NCBI GenBank assembly: GCA_032128375.1
Contig: JAQBGU010000067.1
Span: 1-14,165, forward strand
Direction: 5' to 3'
DNA: 14,165 bases
Source of the DNA: Deltaproteobacteria bacterium
Lineage (GTDB): Bacteria > Myxococcota_A > UBA9160 > SMWR01
Shown here piece after piece: positions 9,779-14,165 of this stretch (within the stretch, counting starts at the first letter, position 1; each line of letters begins with the position of its first letter). The position numbers were made by a program, and so were the translations under genes. Under the pieces are notes generated by a model. That model was not told the DNA's origin. It made no database searches and saw only the letters and a list, made by a program, of their open reading frames with translations.

Positions 9779-10887
9779 CTCGAATCGCGACCCAATAGCT
9801 CATCGGCCGCGATCGAGCAGCCACGCGCTTCTGCGCCGGGCTCGCGGCCGATCACCTCGAAGCCGTCGAGCACCGCCCGGCCCAAATCGCCGGTCTGGAT
9901 GGCTGCGATGCTCCCGGTGTTCGTCAGATCGACGACGCAGATCGTACCGACCTGCCCGGTCACGGCCTCGTGTCCAGTATCTGGGTCGATGATGACGACG
10001 CGCGCCCACGGCGGACCGAGCTTGCGGCGCGGCTCGCTGGGCGCGTGAAGCACCGAGTCGTAGAACTGGCTGCCCAGTTCTGTCATGCCGTACTGGTTGA
10101 CGATCCGCTCGGCCGGTACGCCCAGAACTCGCTTGATTTCAGAATACAACCCTGAACGCGGCAATTCGCGGGACTGGCCCTTGAAACCACCAGTCTCCAT
10201 GATTCGGGAGGCTGGTGGCAAGCCGATCATGACACCCCGGCTGGATAGGTGATCGATCAGATGCACGAAGGAAAATGCGGTTCCGCACAGCGCAATCGGG
10301 GACTCCGAGGTCGCCGACTCGACGAGATTCGTCAGGATTCGATCGACCCGGAGTTCCCCGTTTTCGACATCGAAGCCGCTTGCGCTGGAGCCGAGCTCTG
10401 CGATGGCTATTGCAAACATGTGGGACAGCGAGGATTCTGGGAACTCGTCGGCCGACGGCGCAAGCACGCGGATCGCGGCGCGGTCGCCGGGTGCTGAGAA
10501 CTCTGGAAACATGAAGCGACGAAAGATCGGCAACAGCGATGTTTCGTAGATTTCCAGCGTGTCGAGGTGAAGCGTTCCTCGCATCGCTGTCGAAGTGCCG
10601 CTGGTCTGAAATCGATGCATCGTGCGTTCCACCGGAAAACACCGGAGTTCCATTTCCTTGAACGCACCGGTAGGAACCGCGGGTACGTCACGCCACGATC
10701 TGACGTTCGAAGGTACCCGGCCTCGACCATCGCAGAATCGCTTGTACACGCTGCAGTGCTGGTATTGGTAGTGGAACGTTTCTTGAGCGATCGCGTCGAA
10801 TCGCGCTTCGTCGTATTTCCAAACGGGTTCGCGCATCCAAGCCAGGATGGCGTCATCGAGCTCGGCGCGAGCCGGGTCCGCACTCAT
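9775..10887 (-). CDS. LuxE-like acyl-protein synthetase (adenylate-forming)
   Basis: Real start MSADPARAEL at ATG 10887, overlapping the aminotransferase stop (ATGA). Motifs FQTSGTS, METGGFKG, NQYGMTELGSQ, TGDLG and C-terminal GR...ARGCS with the candidate acyl-accepting Cys. Confidence 0.88.
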   Translation of the reverse strand: MSADPARAELDDAILAWMREPVWKYDEARFDAIAQETFHYQYQHCSVYKRFCDGRGRVPSNVRSWRDVPAVPTGAFKEMELRCFPVERTMHRFQTSGTSTAMRGTLHLDTLEIYETSLLPIFRRFMFPEFSAPGDRAAIRVLAPSADEFPESSLSHMFAIAIAELGSSASGFDVENGELRVDRILTNLVESATSESPIALCGTAFSFVHLIDHLSSRGVMIGLPPASRIMETGGFKGQSRELPRSGLYSEIKRVLGVPAERIVNQYGMTELGSQFYDSVLHAPSEPRRKLGPPWARVVIIDPDTGHEAVTGQVGTICVVDLTNTGSIAAIQTGDLGRAVLDGFEVIGREPGAEARGCSIAADELLGRDSR

Positions 10888-12158
10888 TGCACTGCTTCCA
10901 TCAGCACGCCGATAGCCATCTCGAGCAGATCGAACTCGATGCAAAGCGGTGGGCAGATAGACAGCACACGCCCGTCGTCGCCGGCCTGAAGTGCGATGAC
11001 ACCAGAAGCCAGCGCGCCCCGACACGCTGCATCGGCACGTTGCGGTGTATCGAGTTCGGCGGCGAGCAACAACCCCCTTCCCCTGATATCGATTACTCCC
11101 GGCCGTCGGGCTCCGAGGTCCTTTAACCGCGCGAGCGCGAGCACGCCGTTTCTGCCAGAACGCTCCACGAGTTTTTCGCGCTCGATCGTTTCGATCGATG
11201 CGAGTCCGGCTGCGCAGCCGGGCGGGTGGCCCAAGAAGGTTTGGGTTCTGAGTGCCTCGCCCTCCGATGCCGGCCACGCGTTCATGACCTCGACGCGCCC
11301 GAGACAAGCGGACAATGGCATGCCCGAGGTCAGGCCCTTTGCAACACAGAGAAGATCTGGCACGACGCCCTCGTACTCGCATGCAAAGAAGTGCCCGGTT
11401 CGTCCGAACCCCGTATACACTTCGTCGACAATCAACAACCAGCCCTGTTCGTCGCAAAGTGCGCGGAGCCCCCGCAGGAAGCCGTCAGGCGGGATTCGTT
11501 CGCCACCCCGGCCCTGGATCGGCTCCACCAATATCGCGCCGACGGGCGCCGGGCACTCTCGTGCGGCGCGTAGTACATCATCGATGTCGCCGAAACGGGC
11601 GAACGTGGTGAGCCCGGTGAGACGCGCAGCAAACGGGTCGCGGAATATCGGCCGCCAGGCGACGTCGCGTGTTCCCAGACTGAGACCATGGTAGGCGCCT
11701 TCGAAGGCCACGACACCGGCCGACCCGCTGGCGAGCAGCGCCGTTTCCAATGCGATTTCGACGGCGTCTGCGCCCGACGAGCCCAGTACTGCGAGTGCAG
11801 GTTCGCCTCCCGGGAAGCGCTTGATGAGGGCTTCGAGCAACTCGACCTTGACGGCCGCCGGATGCACGTCGCCCATTGCGTGCATCAGCCGTTCGGACTG
11901 ACGCGAAACGGCAGAACTGACCGCCGGGTGCGCGTGGCCGACGTTCGCGACGCCGAAGCCGGCCGTCAGGTCGACAAAGCGGTTGCCGTCCACATCCCAG
12001 ACGTTCGAACCCGACGCGCGCTCCCAGAAGATCGGGAGCGGCGTCATGCACGTCACGTTGCGGCTCTCCACGGATGCAAGCCGCTTCGCGAGCGCGCGAG
12101 AACGCGGCCCTGGAATGGCTGTGACCAGTTCGGGCAGGAGGCTGTGAAGGGCCGGCAC
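10884..12158 (-). CDS. Class III PLP-dependent aminotransferase (GabT/ArgD-like)
   Basis: IPGPRS, WDVDGNRFVDLTAGFGVANVGHAHP, SGADAVE, FEGAYHG, VEPIQGRGG, IVDEVYTGFGRTG, PDLLCVAKGL (PLP lysine), TFLGHP and IRGRGLL. GTG start. Confidence 0.93.
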   Translation of the reverse strand: MPALHSLLPELVTAIPGPRSRALAKRLASVESRNVTCMTPLPIFWERASGSNVWDVDGNRFVDLTAGFGVANVGHAHPAVSSAVSRQSERLMHAMGDVHPAAVKVELLEALIKRFPGGEPALAVLGSSGADAVEIALETALLASGSAGVVAFEGAYHGLSLGTRDVAWRPIFRDPFAARLTGLTTFARFGDIDDVLRAARECPAPVGAILVEPIQGRGGERIPPDGFLRGLRALCDEQGWLLIVDEVYTGFGRTGHFFACEYEGVVPDLLCVAKGLTSGMPLSACLGRVEVMNAWPASEGEALRTQTFLGHPPGCAAGLASIETIEREKLVERSGRNGVLALARLKDLGARRPGVIDIRGRGLLLAAELDTPQRADAACRGALASGVIALQAGDDGRVLSICPPLCIEFDLLEMAIGVLMEAVQ

Positions 12159-12189
12159 GATGTTGGATTGTAGCTGTAGAATTCACCCC
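12159..12189. promoter_or_regulatory. Back-to-back -10 elements of a divergent, probably leaderless promoter pair
   Basis: Plus strand TAGAAT 12177-12182, 7 nt before GTG 12190. Minus strand TACAAT 12172-12167, 8 nt before GTG 12158. No SD in the 31-bp gap. Confidence 0.6.
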
Positions 12190-12699
12190 GTGGATTCGGA
12201 CCGCGCCCAGGAGAAGGTGTATGTCGCGTTGGGGTCGAATCTCGGTGATCGGGACGCACACCTGGCGGCTGCGCTAGATGGGCTTCGTGATTCGGTCGGG
12301 ATCGATCTGATTCGGGTGTCGGCTGTCTTCGAGACGGATCCGGTCGGGCCTCCGCCGCAGGATCCGTACCTCAATGCGGTCGCACAGCTTCGATCACGGC
12401 TGGCGCCGCGTGCGCTGCTCGAGCGGCTGCTCGAGATCGAAACGCTGCAGGGGCGCACTCGCGGTGGCAACAGAGACAGTGCTCGCTCACTGGACCTCGA
12501 TCTGCTGCTGTTCGGCGACCGCGTCATCGCTGAACCAGGACTCGAGATTCCACACCCGCGGCTCCATACACGCGCCTTCGTGCTGGAGCCGCTGCGTGCG
12601 CTAGCCGGGGAGACGGTTCACCCCGTGTTGGGGGAGAGCATCGAGAATCTGGCGAGGCGGGTCCACGACCCCAATGCAGTCCGGCTGCGAACGAGGTAA
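12190..12699 (+). CDS. folK: 2-amino-4-hydroxy-6-hydroxymethyldihydropteridine diphosphokinase (HPPK)
   Basis: YVALGSNLGD, ETDPVG, YLNAVA, LLEIE..GR, RSLDLDLLLFG, IPHPRL..RAFVLEPL. GTG 12190 preferred over ATG 12160, which lies 2 nt from the divergent start. Confidence 0.96.
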   Translation: MDSDRAQEKVYVALGSNLGDRDAHLAAALDGLRDSVGIDLIRVSAVFETDPVGPPPQDPYLNAVAQLRSRLAPRALLERLLEIETLQGRTRGGNRDSARSLDLDLLLFGDRVIAEPGLEIPHPRLHTRAFVLEPLRALAGETVHPVLGESIENLARRVHDPNAVRLRTR

Positions 12700-12756
12700 T
12701 CCCGCAAGAGCCGGTTGTTGTGCGGAGGCGTGCGCGAAACATTTTCGCGGGGCCCG

Positions 12757-12830
12757 GTTCGAAACTGCGCAGAAACGATTCCGAAACTGTTCTGAAACTG
12801 TTCCGAACCATTTTGAACTATTCTGAACTA
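12757..12830 (+). repeat. Degenerate tandem array of seven 10-11 bp units, consensus TTCNGAA(A)CT(G/A)
   Basis: Units GTTCGAAACTG, CGCAGAAACGA, TTCCGAAACTG, TTCTGAAACTG, TTCCGAACCA, TTTTGAACTA, TTCTGAACTA. GAA cores at 12761, 12772, 12783, 12794, 12805, 12815, 12825. Confidence 0.85.
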
Positions 12831-12843
12831 CGAGGAATCAACG

Positions 12844-13155
12844 ATGGCCATTGTTGCAGTCAGCATCTCGCCGGTTGGGGACGGGGTTAGCGTTTCGCGC
12901 CATGTCGCTGCGGCGCTGCGTGTTTTGCACGGGCAGGCTCGGGTGCGATTCCGGCTCGATCCGATGTTCACGACACTCGATGGAGATCTCGACGAGATCT
13001 TTTCGTTGATCCGCCAGATGCAGGAGGCCGTCTTCGCGGAGGGCGCTGTCCGGCTGGGAACCGTGATCAAGGTCGACGACCGGCGGGATCGCTCAGTGTC
13101 GATGGACGACAAGGTGGCTTCTGTCGTGCAACAGCTCGAGCCGGTGGTAAAATAA
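12844..13155 (+). CDS. MTH1187/YkoF-family (DUF77) thiamine-binding protein
   Basis: MAIVAVSISPVG, SVSRHVA, LDPMFTTLDGDLDEI, GAVRLGTVIKVDDRRD and MDDKVASV are typical of the family. GAGGA SD upstream of the ATG. Confidence 0.9.
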   Translation: MAIVAVSISPVGDGVSVSRHVAAALRVLHGQARVRFRLDPMFTTLDGDLDEIFSLIRQMQEAVFAEGAVRLGTVIKVDDRRDRSVSMDDKVASVVQQLEPVVK

Positions 13156-13180
13156 CCTACCATTTTACTGTAGATTAGTT
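13150..13180. promoter_or_regulatory. Imperfect inverted repeat upstream of cysH (candidate regulator site)
   Basis: AAATAACCTAC-N9-GTAGATTAGTT; the arms match at 9 of 11 positions. Abuts a possible promoter TTGCTG (13179)-N16-TACATT (13201). Confidence 0.45.
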
Positions 13181-13214
13181 GCTGTTTCCGCCGATTGAAC
13201 TACATTTCGCGGCT

Positions 13215-13997
13215 ATGGCAGAGCTGGCTCTCGTCCGAGAATCGCGTGAGGTTCCTAAAAAACTTCAGGAAGACAGCGTGTTACGCTTCATTCAATCGGA
13301 GGCGATCGAATCGCTCTCTGCAATCGAGATCCTGAGTTGGGGAATCAAGAATTTTTCAGTCAAGATCGCCCTGTCGTGTTCGTTCGGCGCACCAGAGGGA
13401 CTCGTCCTACTCGACATGATGCATCGGATCGATCCGGTCTCGCGCGTATTCGTACTGGATACCGGAAGGCTTCCCCAGGCCACGTACGACTTGATCGATC
13501 GGGTTCGAGATCATTACGACAAGAAGGTCGAGATCGTCTTTCCAGCGACACAGGCGGTGCAGTCGCTCGTCTCCGATCACGGCTCGAATCTCTTCTATGA
13601 GAGCATCGAAAAGCGCCAACTGTGCTGTCAAGTCCGAAAGGTCGAGCCGTTGAATCGTCAGCTGGCGTCACTTGACGCGTGGGTTACTGGGCTGCGACGG
13701 GACCAGAATGCGACGCGGGTGGACACGCCGAAGATCGAAATCGATCGCGCCCACTTCGGCATCGTCAAGTTGAACCCAATCGCCGACTGGTCCCACGAGC
13801 AGGTGCTCGACTACGTCGCGGAACATCAGGTTCCGACCAATCGACTGCATCGCGCCGGTTATCCGTCGGTTGGCTGCGACCCGTGTTCGCGGCCGATCTC
13901 AGCCGGTGAAGATCCGCGTGCGGGTCGCTGGTGGTGGGAGAACGACGACACGAAGGAGTGCGGGATCCACATCGAAGAGAAGGGCTCGGGGATCTAG
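13215..13997 (+). CDS. cysH: CysH-family (phospho)adenylyl-sulfate reductase, Fe-S-type APS reductase
   Basis: SCSFG, LDTGRL, CCQVRKVEPL, WVTGLRRDQ, KLNPIADWS, GYPSVGCDPCS, RAGRWWWE and KECGIH. Start uncertain: ATG 13215, or GTG 13278 which has AGGA 7 nt upstream. Confidence 0.95.
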   Translation: MAELALVRESREVPKKLQEDSVLRFIQSEAIESLSAIEILSWGIKNFSVKIALSCSFGAPEGLVLLDMMHRIDPVSRVFVLDTGRLPQATYDLIDRVRDHYDKKVEIVFPATQAVQSLVSDHGSNLFYESIEKRQLCCQVRKVEPLNRQLASLDAWVTGLRRDQNATRVDTPKIEIDRAHFGIVKLNPIADWSHEQVLDYVAEHQVPTNRLHRAGYPSVGCDPCSRPISAGEDPRAGRWWWENDDTKECGIHIEEKGSGI

Positions 13998-14012
13998 CCC
14001 TATTTAATGATT

Positions 14013-14108
<96 letters not shown>

Positions 14109-14165
14109 CGCGGAGGCGGCCAGAGGTGGCCTCCGGGTCATGGCTCGCTGTGGGTGGGGGGGCGG

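Noticed and set aside
8465..10887. Bioluminescence (lux) operon
   Set aside because: Only LuxC-like and LuxE-like genes are present; there is no luciferase luxA/luxB, luxD or luxG in the window, and the coupled partner is an aminotransferase.
10888..11457. 560-aa ORF suggesting an extended LuxE-like protein
   Set aside because: The first 190 codons are an off-frame reading of the aminotransferase; the real start is ATG 10887.
12757..12830. CRISPR array or iterons
   Set aside because: Units are only 10-11 bp, adjacent and without unique spacers; no cas or rep gene nearby.
12700..12843. TPP riboswitch upstream of the thiamine-binding-family gene
   Set aside because: No CUGAGA or other THI-box core is visible; the region is a palindrome plus tandem repeats.

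Overview
GC-rich bacterial chromosomal window with three blocks. (1) Minus strand 75-6497: a fully translationally coupled SUF Fe-S assembly operon, Rrf2 regulator-sufB-sufC-sufD-sufS-sufU-sufT. It is preceded by a sigma70-like promoter overlapped by two tandem GGAC-N7-GTCC palindromes. (2) Minus strand 6881-12158: a four-gene unit of class III PLP aminotransferase, LuxE-like acyl-protein synthetase, LuxC-like acyl reductase and B12-binding radical SAM enzyme, with no luciferase or luxD in the window. This is the best candidate for an uncharacterised pathway (acid to aldehyde to amine, possibly plus methylation). (3) Plus strand 12190-13997: folK, an MTH1187/YkoF-family (thiamine-binding) protein and a CysH carrying the Fe-S motifs of an APS reductase. 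Notable non-coding signals are a 31-bp divergent, apparently leaderless promoter pair, a helically phased 10-11 bp repeat array before the MTH1187 gene, and an inverted repeat before cysH. The last ~160 nt are a GA microsatellite/low-complexity tail, probably a contig-end artefact. All family calls come from motif recognition by eye; no database searches were run.
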